From NCBI GenBank assembly GCA_038321985.1, contig JBBQFN010000034.1, positions 1 through 56,838 of the forward strand: a DNA stretch of 56,838 bases, given 5' to 3'. The notes under the pieces were generated by a model. It had not been told where the DNA came from, did no database searches, and saw only the letters and a list, made by a program, of their open reading frames with translations. This DNA comes from Cyanophyceae cyanobacterium (GTDB lineage: Bacteria; Cyanobacteriota; Cyanobacteriia; Cyanobacteriales; Laspinemataceae). Numbering within the stretch: the stretch's first letter is position 1; each line of letters begins with the position of its first letter. A program made the translations under genes and the position numbers. Positions 19,500-30,364 of the stretch are shown here, in pieces.

Positions 19500-20390
19500 T
19501 TATGTAGGGTCTTCCAATGGATCAGAAAAATAATTAACAATCCAATCCACTCCACTGAGGGTGGGAATTAAAAGTCCTAACATGATAGCGGAATAAACGT
19601 CTCCGCCCCATCCTTCATGGAGCCATTCAAACCATTGTTCGTAACCCGAACCGTGAAAGAAAGTCAGAAGGGCATTACGGATAATATTACCCAGGACGGC
19701 GATCGCTACGGTACTGATTAAAAACAGACTGGTTTTGCTGCGAAATTCACTTGAACCCGTCCAGTACAGCAACATTAAAGCCACATAAAGACTGGTGAGG
19801 AGCATTTTTAATCCCGCACAGTGAGGCGCGACTTCCACAACTTTTTGATTGACAAACAGATAAATTCCCTCTACGGTGACGTTAAATCCCAGGTGGGATA
19901 AAATAAATCCTGCACTCCCGGCAATAAAACTTTGTAAGGGGAGAGTATAGGGCGCAATTAGGTAGGGAATTTGGTTCGGAGTTGCTAGTAATACTAACAG
20001 CAGCGGAAAGGCTAAGAGTTTTAATCCGGGCATTCCTTTAAGCCACAGACAAATTCCGGCCAGGACAAGAGGAAAGGAAAAGTTGACAAAATCCGGCAAT
20101 CCGGTTAAATAAAAGGCTCCGCCAACCGCTATCAAAAGTCCACCAACCGGATGAGTCCTCGAAGGCAGACGATGCCACAATTGACGCTTATCCTGCCAAC
20201 AAATATAGAGGGCGAAAGGTAGACCGATCAATCCATGACTAAAATATTCGTGTTCGAGACTAATGCTTTTATTCAGCCACCCATCATACCAATGGAAGAG
20301 GAGGGGAGTATAAAGCATACTCAGGATTCCGATTAAAATCCAAGGGTAGTTTCGCTCAATAATAAAAGGTAATCTGCGCCCGATGTGCAT
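19500..20390 (-). CDS. Cyanoexosortase B (exosortase/EpsH family transpeptidase)
   Basis: Multi-TM protein with HEYFSHG, the catalytic Cys in VEVAPHCAGL, Arg in NIIRN and His in WLHEGWGG. Confidence 0.88.
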   Translation of the reverse strand: MHIGRRLPFIIERNYPWILIGILSMLYTPLLFHWYDGWLNKSISLEHEYFSHGLIGLPFALYICWQDKRQLWHRLPSRTHPVGGLLIAVGGAFYLTGLPDFVNFSFPLVLAGICLWLKGMPGLKLLAFPLLLVLLATPNQIPYLIAPYTLPLQSFIAGSAGFILSHLGFNVTVEGIYLFVNQKVVEVAPHCAGLKMLLTSLYVALMLLYWTGSSEFRSKTSLFLISTVAIAVLGNIIRNALLTFFHGSGYEQWFEWLHEGWGGDVYSAIMLGLLIPTLSGVDWIVNYFSDPLEDPT

Positions 20391-20435
20391 GGTTTTATCT
20401 GGGGTAACGATAGGGGAAACAGAAAAGGAAACGGT

Positions 20436-21575
20436 TTAACGGACGGCTAATGCGATCGCCTCAACCACGCGCTCGATTTGGGACTCACTCAAGCCCGGAT
20501 ATAGGGGGAGAGACAAAATTTCTTCGCAGAGGGCCTCGGCATGGGGAAAGTCTCCCGGTTGATAACCTAAATTTTGATAAGCTGGTTGGAGATGACAGGG
20601 TAACGGATAATGAATGCCGGTTTGAATGCCTTGGGAAGCCAGCTTTTCTAGAAGGGTGTGTCGATTTAGAATGCACGCTTTAGTGATGCGGATAACGTAG
20701 AGGTGATAAACGTGTCCGCTACCACTCTGGTTGCGGATGGGGACGATGCCGTAGTCGCCTAGGGGTTGGAGTAAAGCATCGTAGTATTTGGCACAAGCAT
20801 TTCGCGCTTGATTCCAGTCGGATAAGTAGGGAAGTTTGGCTTGGAGAATGGCCGCTTGTAGGGTATCGAGGCGGCTATTAGTGCCGAGATCCACATGGTG
20901 ATATTTTTGGGGAGCACCGTAATTGCGTAAACTGCGCAATTTTTGAGCCAGTTCGCGATCGCCGGTGACTACCATGCCACCATCTCCGAAACAGCCTAAA
21001 TTTTTACTGGGGTAGAAGCTAAAGGCGGCAGCCCGTCCGATGCTACCGGCGCGGGTTCCATCTCGTTCGGCGAGGTGCGCTTGGGCGGCATCTTCCACCA
21101 GAATTAAAGGGTGTGCTGCGGCCAAATCTTTGAGTCGTCCAGGGGACACCATTTGACCGTATAGATGGACCGGCAACAAAGCCCGAGTTTTGGGGGTGAT
21201 GGCTTTTTCTACGGCTTCTAGGTCGATTAAAGCGGTGTCAGGTTCACAATCCACTAAGACTGGGGTAGCGCCGGCACGTAGGACGCCAATCAAGGTGGCG
21301 ATAAAGGTATTAGCTGGGACGATCGCCTCATCTCCAGGACCGACCCCGGATGCTTGGAGTGCAAGGGCGATCGCATCGGTACCACAGGCAACCCCCACTC
21401 CAAATTCTACTCCACAGGCCTGGGCGAAGGTGCTTTCAAATTCGGTGAGGGCTTGTCCTAGGACAAAATCTCCTCGTTCGATTACCGTTTGGATTGCCCG
21501 TTCTATTTCAGATTGAATCGGCTGGTGTTGTAGGGTTAGGTCAACAAATGGAATAGTTTCGGAAGTGGGTTTCAT
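20436..21575 (-). CDS. DegT/DnrJ/EryC1/StrS sugar-nucleotide aminotransferase
   Basis: IPFVDL, PVHLYGQ, EDAAQAH, SFYPSKNLG (PLP Lys) and NSRLD. Confidence 0.95.
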   Translation of the reverse strand: MKPTSETIPFVDLTLQHQPIQSEIERAIQTVIERGDFVLGQALTEFESTFAQACGVEFGVGVACGTDAIALALQASGVGPGDEAIVPANTFIATLIGVLRAGATPVLVDCEPDTALIDLEAVEKAITPKTRALLPVHLYGQMVSPGRLKDLAAAHPLILVEDAAQAHLAERDGTRAGSIGRAAAFSFYPSKNLGCFGDGGMVVTGDRELAQKLRSLRNYGAPQKYHHVDLGTNSRLDTLQAAILQAKLPYLSDWNQARNACAKYYDALLQPLGDYGIVPIRNQSGSGHVYHLYVIRITKACILNRHTLLEKLASQGIQTGIHYPLPCHLQPAYQNLGYQPGDFPHAEALCEEILSLPLYPGLSESQIERVVEAIALAVR

Positions 21576-22620
21576 AGGTTTTAAGAGACTTCACAAGGGG
21601 GAATAGTGGGTTGCATTCTAGTCCGGGGAATGGGTTGGGAACGGTTACCTAGGAAGATTCCTCGTTCCGCAGAAGGCGACGGGGAGGATGCGATCGCCTC
21701 TACCCAGACGGGAGTCTAAAAAGTCCAGGTCTCTCCCGGTTCAGAATTGCTCCCCCTTCTCTAAGTGTAGGAGGGATTTATCAAGGATTGACTCCCCCTC
21801 GATTGTGAAGAGTCTGTAAAAATTGCCAGTTGTGCTGTTAACTGCCTTTGGACAATCGATGGGAGATGGCGTTGATCCCTACGGCGATCGCATTGAGGAC
21901 CTTTTGTTCCAGGGTAACCAATGGACCTCCAGATCAAGGGTAAAGGCTTCGTAAATTTTTTTAGGAATTTGTAAAGATTTTTAAGGCTTTTGAATCGCCT
22001 TTTACCCTAGGGATTAATGTAACTTGACTTCTCGTGAGCGATTTCCAAGCCAGGTACTTCGCTTATTTTATTTTGATTGTGCATTTTATTTAATTAAATT
22101 ATTCCTTTGTAACAAAAGATAAAATTACTTTTAATCATTGCAATTTTATTCTAATAAAAATAAAATCAACGATGTTATTTTTTTACCCAGAAGACTCCAA
22201 CCCCGGACCGATCTACCTAGCCCGCTGGTTGAGAAATGGTCCACCAAGGGGAACTAATGTAGGTTACATTGGTAGATAGGAGAAAAGTCTTCTAATCGTG
22301 TTACCCGAAATGCCATTCGGGAAAACAACCCGAATAAAGCAGGGGCGAGATCCCCTGCTTTATCTGAAATTATTGGGTATAAATTCCGACAAAATCAGTG
22401 CAAAATTTGGCATAAATATTATTCTATTTTTGAGATTTAATAATCAGCAAAAAATTAAGCCTAAACTTTATGATTTTCCTGTCTAATTTGAATTCAAATT
22501 GATTTTAGATTCAGTAAAATATAAAATTTTGAATTAAAAATAATGGAGTAATTAAAAAAACCCAGAAAATGGCAACAAATTAATTAACTGTTTGATGCCT
22601 CATAAACAAGAGATATATCC

Positions 22621-25600
22621 ATGATTTTACACATCAGACGCATCTACCTAAGGTTGTTATTCACGCTTTCCTTGTCAGGGACACTCACCACCATTCCACC
22701 CACCCTGGCCCAACCGATTGTTCCTCGGCTTGATACCAATACCCACGTAACTCCGAATGGGAAGACCTTTGATATAGAGGGCGGAAGGCTTTCGGATGAT
22801 GGCAGCAATCTCTTCCATACTTTTGAGCAGTTTGGACTCAGTAATGGGGAAATTGCTAATTTTATCTCTAACCCGCAGATCCAAAATATTTTGACGCGCA
22901 TCAATGGCGGCAATCCCTCTATTATTAATGGCTTGATCCAAGTAACTGGGGGGCCGTCTAATTTATTTTTAATGAACCCAAATGGCATCGTATTTGGTTC
23001 AGGAGCAAGTTTAAATGTTCCCGGTTCGTTCACGGCTACTACAGCAGACCGCATTGGGTTTGAAGGGTCGGGAGCAGTGCAGTGGTTTAATTCTAAAGGC
23101 ACTAATAATTATAGCAGTTTGTTGGGGAGCCCTAGTCAATTTGCGTTTACGATGGAGGAAGCTGGGGCGATCGCCAATTCGGGTAACTTGGGAGTCGGCT
23201 CTTATCAAAATTTAACCTTGATTGGGGGTACGGTGGTCAGTACCGGCACTCTTTCAGCCCCAGGAAATCTGATTGTGGCAGCAGTTCCGGGTCAAAGTCT
23301 GGTCCGGATTAGCCAAATCGGACATCTTCTGAGTTTGGAGGTGGACCCTTATCTATTACGGACAACATCAACCGGAGTATCTGTCCCAGGAGAAATGCCA
23401 CTCAATCCCCTCTCTTTACCGGAGTTGTTGGCGGGTGACGGGGGTACTCATGCGACAGGTGTTAATCTCAATTCCGATGGAACGGTGACTCTGACAGGTT
23501 CAGGGGTGCTTGTAGAACAGGGAGATGTGAGCAGTCGGCACTTACAGGCTGGAACGGCAATTGTGTTCGCTCAGGGCAATTTAACGGCGGTAGAAAGTCA
23601 GTTTGAAACGACGGGTAATTTGCACTTGCAAGCGGGAAACGGGGTGAACTTTGAAGATAGCTCAATGCATCCGCTTCAGGTAAATGTGGGGAGGAATTTA
23701 CAGATTCGATCCGATCGCCGAGTCACTCTCGATCTGCTCAATCACCCCGATTCTCAAATCCAGGTTCAGGGCAATTTAAATATAGTCAGTGATGGCAACA
23801 TTACCCTCGATGGAGCTTTACAAAGTGGGGTAAATGTAAACATTTTCAATAATTTATCCCAACCGACGGCGTTTCAAAGTCTGAATGAGGTGGCGCTGAC
23901 GGCTGGGGGAAATGTGGTATTTGGAGACTATACCGGGGGTAGTCTGCGAGTGGATGCAGCCGGTGCAATAGCAGGCGGAAAGATTTCCGTGGCGATCGCC
24001 AATTCAGACAGGGTTTCGGAAGGTGAAGTCCACTTAAATGCCGGAATTAGAGGAACTTTACCCACTCAGGGGAATGACTCAATGCAGTTATCTCCCGGAA
24101 GCATTATTGTCGGAGAAATTGCCCTTGATCGCCCGGATATGTCTTTGGTGGTAGAGGCAACGGGAGCCATTCAAACGGGGACCCTCTCGACGGCTGGAGG
24201 CGATATTACCCTCACCAGTGGCGATCTCCTCAATCCGGGAGCCATTTCGACGGCTGGGGGCGACATTACCTTGATCAGCGAACGGGGTAGCATTGATACG
24301 AGTGGAAGGACCCTAAATGCGTCTTCTTTATCCGATAGCACCGGGGGCACGATTGCCTTAACGGCTGAGACTCAGATTATTTCGGGGGATCTGATTACCG
24401 AGAATAACCTCATCCAAATTAATGGCCCTCTCTATCTCCGTGATAACGTAACCTTACGCACAACGGGACTGGGAGAGGATGCAGGGGGTGGCAACATCCA
24501 GGGGATGGGAACCATTAATGGAAATTTTCAGTTAAATCTGGAGGCGGGAACGGGGGATGTTGTCCTGAAAGAGGCGATCGGGAATGAAGAGGCGATCGCC
24601 GGATTGTCAATCAGCGCTCAAAATATTGAACTGTTGTCTCCTACCACCACCCAAGGGGCGATCGCCATCGATTCAAGCGGCATCGTTACCCTAGGCGATC
24701 GGCTGATTACCACCGAGGGAACCGTCAATATTATCGCCACAGATGCCATTGTTACCGATAACATCACCACATCTGGGGCAGAAATTTACCTCAATAGCCA
24801 GAATAGTCAGATCACCACCGGAGATTTACAAACAGCTACGGAGGCGAGGGATGGGGGAAAAATTAGCCTACGTTCTCGCGAGGGTCTTTCCACTGGGGCG
24901 ATCGACACCCATTCCACCATAGGTGTCGGTGGTGCAGTTACCCTCCAAACTCAGCAAAATGATATCCAAGCCTCATTTATTAATACAGAAGGAGCAACCC
25001 AAGGCGGCACTGTCGAAATCCAGACAACCGGTTCCGTGCGAATTGTCGATTCTTTTCTCTCCCAAACCGGGAGCGAATTTAGTATTTCCACCGCTGCACC
25101 TCAAGGGGGCGAAATTACGATCACTCATGGCAGAAGTGAGTTTGTGATTGGGGATGCCGATGGTAATGGCATGATTGAAAACGGATCTCTTGCCGCCATT
25201 ACCACAGGATCTGGAGAATTTCTCTCCCTGGGACAATCCGTCTCCCAGTCACGTATCTATCTCAACCCCAATCTCCCCCCAGCATCCTCTTCCTCGGAAA
25301 CTGATTCGGAGGCGGAAACAACCACTGACGAAACAACCACTGACGAGGAGGAAAATAAGAGTTCCGATGACTCGAATGAGTCGAACGAAGCTGAGTCTGA
25401 TCCCACGGAGGCAACAGAGGACGATTCACCCACTGATTTAGGGGAAGAAACCCCTGCTGTTGACGAGAGTACAGCGGCTGATTCGGATGATTCGGACACA
25501 ACTCCAGAAACACCTGTGGCAGAACCTCCCACTCCCGAGGAACCTGTAGCGGTTTCTGAACCGGCGGCTACTCCTACTCCCGAGGAACCTGTAGCGGTTT

Positions 25601-27801
25601 CAGAACCAGCAGTTACTCCTACTCCTACGGTTACCCCAGAGCAACCTGTAGCGGTTTCAGAACCAGCAGTTACTCCTACTCCTACGGTTACCCCAGAGCA
25701 AGCTGTCGCGGTTTCAGAACCGGCAGTTACTCCTACTCCTACGGTTACCCCAGAGCAACCTGTCGCGGTTTCTGAACCAGTGGTTACTCCTACTCCTGGG
25801 GTTACCCCAGAGCAACCTGTAGCAGTTTCAGAACCAGTGGTTACTCCTACTCCTGCGGTTACCCCAGAGCAACCTGTAGCAGTTTCAGAACCAGTGGTTA
25901 CTCCTACTCCTGCGGTTACCCCAGAGCAACCTGTCGCGGTTTCTGAACCCGAGGGGATTGATATCCCGGGTAACATCCCACTGTTAGAAAATCGAGGGAG
26001 TTTAGAAACGATACCGAAACCGGAAGAGGTGACGACTCTGCCAGTCGTTGAAATTTTACCTTTGCAACCTGTAGCGGTGCCGATGATTCTGGAAGTCCCT
26101 TCACAACTCCTCTCGGTGAGCGCGCCTGAAATACCCCCGACCCCGGTACAAGTGAGTCAGTCACCGGATCCACTGGTTGCACCCTTGCCGGTGAATATGG
26201 TTGCACCCTTGCCGGTGAATGTTGAACTACCGTCACCCACTCCACCTGAGATTCTCTTGCCGCAACCGACGGATCAATCCTCATCGTTACCCTTACTCCC
26301 TCCATCTCCGCTTGCTGGGAATGCTACAGGGGAAAACGCCCTCAGTGGGGTAGTAGAGATGACATCTGGGAATTTAGGGAGTCGTCAGATGCCGATTCTT
26401 GAGGTACCGATTCTTGAGGTGCCGATGGTCCCGAGCACCATTGTGCCTAGTCCAGTTGAGGTGAAGGTCCCTTTCGAGGGGGCGATCGCCTCACCCTCCG
26501 AACCTAACCCAACCCCCGTTTCAAACCTGGGGGAATTAGAGGCAGTTGCTCAGGCTCTTATTCCTCCGATTGAACAGATCCGGATGCAGGAATTTGACCC
26601 TGATCAGCAGGGTCCTATCTCAGAAGACGAGGGGGGTTCCAAAGATATAAAGGCGTTGCTTCAGGGAATTCGCAAAGAAATCAATGTTAATCCTGCCGTT
26701 GTCTACGCAATTTCTCTTCCTGAAGAATTGCAATTAGTGGTGATGACTGCCGAAGGGTTACCCATCATTCGCACGATTCCCACAGCTTCTCGGGATAGTC
26801 TGCGCGCTAAGGTTACTGAATTACTTTCTGAGCTTACGAATCCGCACAAAACCCATACGGATAGTTACATGAGCGCCTCGGTGCAACTTTATGAATGGTT
26901 AATTGCTCCGATCGCCGCTGAACTGGAGGCGCAGGGAATTGATATGTTAATGTTCTCTCTGGATGCCGGACTGCGCGGTATTCCCCTGGCAGCACTCCAT
27001 GATGGAAAACAGTTTTTGATAGAAAAGTATCGTCTGGGTTTAATCCCGAGTGTTAACCTCACCCAGACGAGTTATAAAAACCTTAACCAGACTCGGGTCC
27101 TGGCAATGGGAGCCTCTCATTTTCAAGACTCTACTGTTCCCCATTTAAATGCGGTTCCGGCTGAGTTAGCCGCGATTTCTTCGCTTTTTTCTTTGGACGA
27201 ATACTTTCTGAATGAAGCGTTTACCGCTGACAATTTACGCGATTCCCGTCGGCAACAAGACTTTGACATTATCCATCTGGCGACTCATGTCAAATTTTAT
27301 GCCGGATTGGAACAAAGGGAAGTAGTTTCTTCGGCTTCGCGCCGCCAATCTTACATTCAATTTTGGGATGAAAAAGTCCCCCTTGAGCAAATGCGGCAGT
27401 TAGGATTCGAGGCTGGAACCGTGGAATTATTAGTCTTAAGTGCCTGTGAAACTGCGGTGGGAAGTCCCGAGGCGGAGTTGGGGTTTGCCGGGTTAGCGCT
27501 TCAAATGGGCGTGAAGTCGGTTTTAGCCAGTTTGTGGCAGGTAGATGATGAGGGTACTTTAGGGTTAATGAGCGAGTTTTATCAACAGCTTAGTTTGCAA
27601 GATAAAACGATTAAGTCAGAAGCTCTTAGACAGGCACAGCTTGCTTTTTTGCGAGGGGAAGTCAGGGTCAGCAGCCACCAATTACGGACCTCCCGAGGCT
27701 CAATCGATTTACCTCCAGAAATAGCAGAGAGGATGGGCGATCGCACTTTTACTCATCCCTATTTTTGGGCGGCATTCACCCTGGTGGGTAGTCCTTGGTA
27801 G
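22621..27801 (+). CDS. Filamentous-haemagglutinin-N (TPS) domain beta-helical protein with acidic/Pro-Thr linker and C-terminal CHAT domain
   Basis: Signal peptide, NLFHTFEQF, LMNPNGIVFG, beta-helix repeats; CHAT motifs LYEWLIAP, HLATH, LSACETA, SLWQVDD and HPYFWAAF.LVGSPW. Confidence 0.92.
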   Translation: MILHIRRIYLRLLFTLSLSGTLTTIPPTLAQPIVPRLDTNTHVTPNGKTFDIEGGRLSDDGSNLFHTFEQFGLSNGEIANFISNPQIQNILTRINGGNPSIINGLIQVTGGPSNLFLMNPNGIVFGSGASLNVPGSFTATTADRIGFEGSGAVQWFNSKGTNNYSSLLGSPSQFAFTMEEAGAIANSGNLGVGSYQNLTLIGGTVVSTGTLSAPGNLIVAAVPGQSLVRISQIGHLLSLEVDPYLLRTTSTGVSVPGEMPLNPLSLPELLAGDGGTHATGVNLNSDGTVTLTGSGVLVEQGDVSSRHLQAGTAIVFAQGNLTAVESQFETTGNLHLQAGNGVNFEDSSMHPLQVNVGRNLQIRSDRRVTLDLLNHPDSQIQVQGNLNIVSDGNITLDGALQSGVNVNIFNNLSQPTAFQSLNEVALTAGGNVVFGDYTGGSLRVDAAGAIAGGKISVAIANSDRVSEGEVHLNAGIRGTLPTQGNDSMQLSPGSIIVGEIALDRPDMSLVVEATGAIQTGTLSTAGGDITLTSGDLLNPGAISTAGGDITLISERGSIDTSGRTLNASSLSDSTGGTIALTAETQIISGDLITENNLIQINGPLYLRDNVTLRTTGLGEDAGGGNIQGMGTINGNFQLNLEAGTGDVVLKEAIGNEEAIAGLSISAQNIELLSPTTTQGAIAIDSSGIVTLGDRLITTEGTVNIIATDAIVTDNITTSGAEIYLNSQNSQITTGDLQTATEARDGGKISLRSREGLSTGAIDTHSTIGVGGAVTLQTQQNDIQASFINTEGATQGGTVEIQTTGSVRIVDSFLSQTGSEFSISTAAPQGGEITITHGRSEFVIGDADGNGMIENGSLAAITTGSGEFLSLGQSVSQSRIYLNPNLPPASSSSETDSEAETTTDETTTDEEENKSSDDSNESNEAESDPTEATEDDSPTDLGEETPAVDESTAADSDDSDTTPETPVAEPPTPEEPVAVSEPAATPTPEEPVAVSEPAVTPTPTVTPEQPVAVSEPAVTPTPTVTPEQAVAVSEPAVTPTPTVTPEQPVAVSEPVVTPTPGVTPEQPVAVSEPVVTPTPAVTPEQPVAVSEPVVTPTPAVTPEQPVAVSEPEGIDIPGNIPLLENRGSLETIPKPEEVTTLPVVEILPLQPVAVPMILEVPSQLLSVSAPEIPPTPVQVSQSPDPLVAPLPVNMVAPLPVNVELPSPTPPEILLPQPTDQSSSLPLLPPSPLAGNATGENALSGVVEMTSGNLGSRQMPILEVPILEVPMVPSTIVPSPVEVKVPFEGAIASPSEPNPTPVSNLGELEAVAQALIPPIEQIRMQEFDPDQQGPISEDEGGSKDIKALLQGIRKEINVNPAVVYAISLPEELQLVVMTAEGLPIIRTIPTASRDSLRAKVTELLSELTNPHKTHTDSYMSASVQLYEWLIAPIAAELEAQGIDMLMFSLDAGLRGIPLAALHDGKQFLIEKYRLGLIPSVNLTQTSYKNLNQTRVLAMGASHFQDSTVPHLNAVPAELAAISSLFSLDEYFLNEAFTADNLRDSRRQQDFDIIHLATHVKFYAGLEQREVVSSASRRQSYIQFWDEKVPLEQMRQLGFEAGTVELLVLSACETAVGSPEAELGFAGLALQMGVKSVLASLWQVDDEGTLGLMSEFYQQLSLQDKTIKSEALRQAQLAFLRGEVRVSSHQLRTSRGSIDLPPEIAERMGDRTFTHPYFWAAFTLVGSPW
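25537..25950 (+). repeat. Coding tandem repeat, 57-bp unit (EQPVAVSEPxVTPTPxVTP), about six full copies plus partial copies
   Basis: Near-identical repeats of CCTGTAGCGGTTTCAGAACCAGCAGTTACTCCTACTCCTACGGTTACCCCAGAGCAA. Confidence 0.95.
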
Positions 27802-27831
27802 GACCTAAACGGTTCCCAATTCCGGTTTCTC

Positions 27832-30054
27832 TTAAACTGGGCTTTGCTTGAGAGGAATTTTAATCACAAATTCTGCGCCTTGTCCAGGTTCCGAGTTACA
27901 AGTCAACTCTCCGCTATGCTTGTGGGCAATTATTTGATAGGCGATGGATAAGCCTAATCCAGTTCCTTTACCCACGGGTTTTGTTGTGAAAAATGGATTA
28001 AAAATTTGCTCCTTGACGGCATCGGTCATTCCGGGACCGTTATCTTGAATATGGATAGCTACAGAGTCGTTATTTAAAAGTTCCGTGCGGATGTGAAGGC
28101 TGGGAATGGTCTCGTTTCTCTCAGGCCAATTCCCGCTTTCTAACGCGTCAATTGCATTTGTAATAATATTGATAAGGGCTTGATTGAGTTGGGCCGGATA
28201 GCATTCTATTTTTGGCAAATTTCCATAATTTTTGACGACAGAAATCGCCTGACTCCCTTCTTTTTCTCTCAACCAATTCTGCAAAATAATTAGGGTATTA
28301 TCAATCCCTTCATGAATATCAACCCGCTTGCGTTCGGACTCATTCAGTCGGGAAAAATTTCGCAGGGATAACACAATTTGACGGATACGTTCTGCCCCAA
28401 CTTTCATGGAATTCAGCAATTTGGGTAGGTCACTTTGCAAAAAGTCCAAGTCAATATCATCTTCAAATTGTCCGATTTCGGCAACAGGTTGGGGATAATG
28501 ATCTCTGTAAAGATTCAGAAGTTTTAACAAATCAGCGAGATAGTCGTTGGCATGAGCCAGGTTTCCATAAATGAAATTAACGGGATTATTAATTTCATGG
28601 GCAACCCCCGCTACTAATTGTCCCAGACTGGACATTTTTTCACTTTGAATTAGCTGGGTTTGAGTCCGTTGCAGTTCCTCTAAGGTCTTTGTAAGCTGTT
28701 GGGCTTGGTTTTGTAGCGATTGAATCAGTTGGGTTTTTTCGTGAGCGGATTCCTGAAGTTCTCGGGCTTTTTGTTTGCTTTCCGTAATATCATGGAAGGC
28801 GACAACGGCACCAATTTGATTTCCTTGTTCATCAAAAATTGCCTCACCACTGGCGACGGCAATGCGTCTTTCTCCCACTTTTGGAGCGATAATAATTTCC
28901 TCTTTTTTAACCTGTTCCCCGTTTAATGCACGCCTTAAAGGTACTTGCTCTGAAGTGATGGGGGTAACGCCATCCCCTTGATATAAATCATAATAGTTCG
29001 ACCATTCTTCGGGAGGAATCGAGTCACTGGGTAACCCATAAAGGTCTCGAATTGAACGATTGAAGAGGGTGAGGTTTCCTACTCTATCTCCAGCAATAAT
29101 TCCGGCATCTACTGTATTGAGTAAAGCTCTTAAAAATTCCCGCTCTTTTTCTAGGGATTTTTCCGTTTCCCTGCGTTCGTTTATTTCGTTTTGCAGTTTG
29201 TAAATGGCACTATTGAAAGCCAAGCTGCGACTTTGTAGTTTGACTTCGAGTTGATTGAGGAAAGTTCGGGTTTCTTCATAGGCGCGATCGCCTTCGAGTT
29301 CGGCTTGTTTGCGGTTAGTAATATCATGGGCTGTCCCATAAATCGATTGGCGATCGCGTCCTAGGCAAGCACTCCATAATAACCACCGATAGTCCCCATT
29401 TTTACACAGATAACGGTTCTCAAACGAGTGAGTGTTACATCCCTGTAAGACTTTCACAAACTCTGTCAAGGTCCTTTGATGATCGTGGGGATGGACGAAT
29501 TCGATAAAGGATTGGGAACGGAGTTCATCCGGGGTAAAACCTAGGGTCTTTTCCCAGGCCCTATTTAAACTGCGAAAGTAGCCATCAAAACTGATGGTAC
29601 AAAACAAGTCGAGGGAGAAGTCAAAAAAAGAACGATAATCCTCTGGAGGGGGAAGAGATTCAGAATTCCGTGTGGGGATCTCCCCCCGTTCACGGGCGAT
29701 CGCATAGATACTATTTTCGGAGTCGCGCCCTTGGGCTTTCCAGGATAAGCGCTTATAAGAACCATTTTTACATTGATAGCGGTTCTCAAAGGCAGTCGCA
29801 TTAATATCTGTGCTGAGAAGGGCAAGCTGTTCCCGGGTTGAAAATCGATCCTCTGGATGAACAAAATCAAGAAAGGATTTTTGCTGAAGTTCACTCTCTC
29901 GAAACCCTAAGATTTTTTCTGCGGAACTGTTGATCTGCTCAAAGGCTCCATTTTTATCAATAATACAGAGCAGATCGTCGGACAAGTCGAAAAAGGGAAA
30001 CTTCGAGATTTCCTCCCCAGCATTGCACTCGAATTCTACGATTTTAATGTTCAT
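27832..30054 (-). CDS. Multi-PAS sensor histidine kinase (no adjacent response regulator)
   Basis: Three PAS domains (FVHPED, FVHPHD, and one ending VAFHDITE), AGVAHEINNP H-box, and DNGPGM, FNPFFTTK, GTGLGL. Confidence 0.93.
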   Translation of the reverse strand: MNIKIVEFECNAGEEISKFPFFDLSDDLLCIIDKNGAFEQINSSAEKILGFRESELQQKSFLDFVHPEDRFSTREQLALLSTDINATAFENRYQCKNGSYKRLSWKAQGRDSENSIYAIARERGEIPTRNSESLPPPEDYRSFFDFSLDLFCTISFDGYFRSLNRAWEKTLGFTPDELRSQSFIEFVHPHDHQRTLTEFVKVLQGCNTHSFENRYLCKNGDYRWLLWSACLGRDRQSIYGTAHDITNRKQAELEGDRAYEETRTFLNQLEVKLQSRSLAFNSAIYKLQNEINERRETEKSLEKEREFLRALLNTVDAGIIAGDRVGNLTLFNRSIRDLYGLPSDSIPPEEWSNYYDLYQGDGVTPITSEQVPLRRALNGEQVKKEEIIIAPKVGERRIAVASGEAIFDEQGNQIGAVVAFHDITESKQKARELQESAHEKTQLIQSLQNQAQQLTKTLEELQRTQTQLIQSEKMSSLGQLVAGVAHEINNPVNFIYGNLAHANDYLADLLKLLNLYRDHYPQPVAEIGQFEDDIDLDFLQSDLPKLLNSMKVGAERIRQIVLSLRNFSRLNESERKRVDIHEGIDNTLIILQNWLREKEGSQAISVVKNYGNLPKIECYPAQLNQALINIITNAIDALESGNWPERNETIPSLHIRTELLNNDSVAIHIQDNGPGMTDAVKEQIFNPFFTTKPVGKGTGLGLSIAYQIIAHKHSGELTCNSEPGQGAEFVIKIPLKQSPV

Positions 30055-30364
30055 TCCGTCCCCCTAATATTTTTACGATCATTTTAAGAGAATCTTTTTA
30101 TTCAATGTAGTTAGAGATATTTCAATCTATTATAAGGGGTTTATCCTGAAATAAAATAATGCCGGAGTAGAGAAAACCAAGAAATCACTCTCTATTTATG
30201 AAGAGTTAGTATCGATTTAGACCGGGACCCCTCCGGCTAACCCCGAGGACATTCCCTTACCATCCCCAACGCCCAATCCCAAAATGGGGTAGGAATAGGA
30301 ATAAGGAAGGAGCACAGGCTCAAATATCAGTATCCTAAAAGAGAGAATCATAAGCCAAATTAAA

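Noticed and set aside
22107..22123. NtcA-like TGTAACAAAAGATAAA upstream of the FHA-CHAT gene
   Set aside because: The right half-site is mismatched and it lies in very AT-rich DNA, so it could arise by chance.
25257..25976. 239-aa minus-strand repetitive ORF
   Set aside because: It is the antisense shadow of the 57-bp VNTR within the FHA-CHAT gene.
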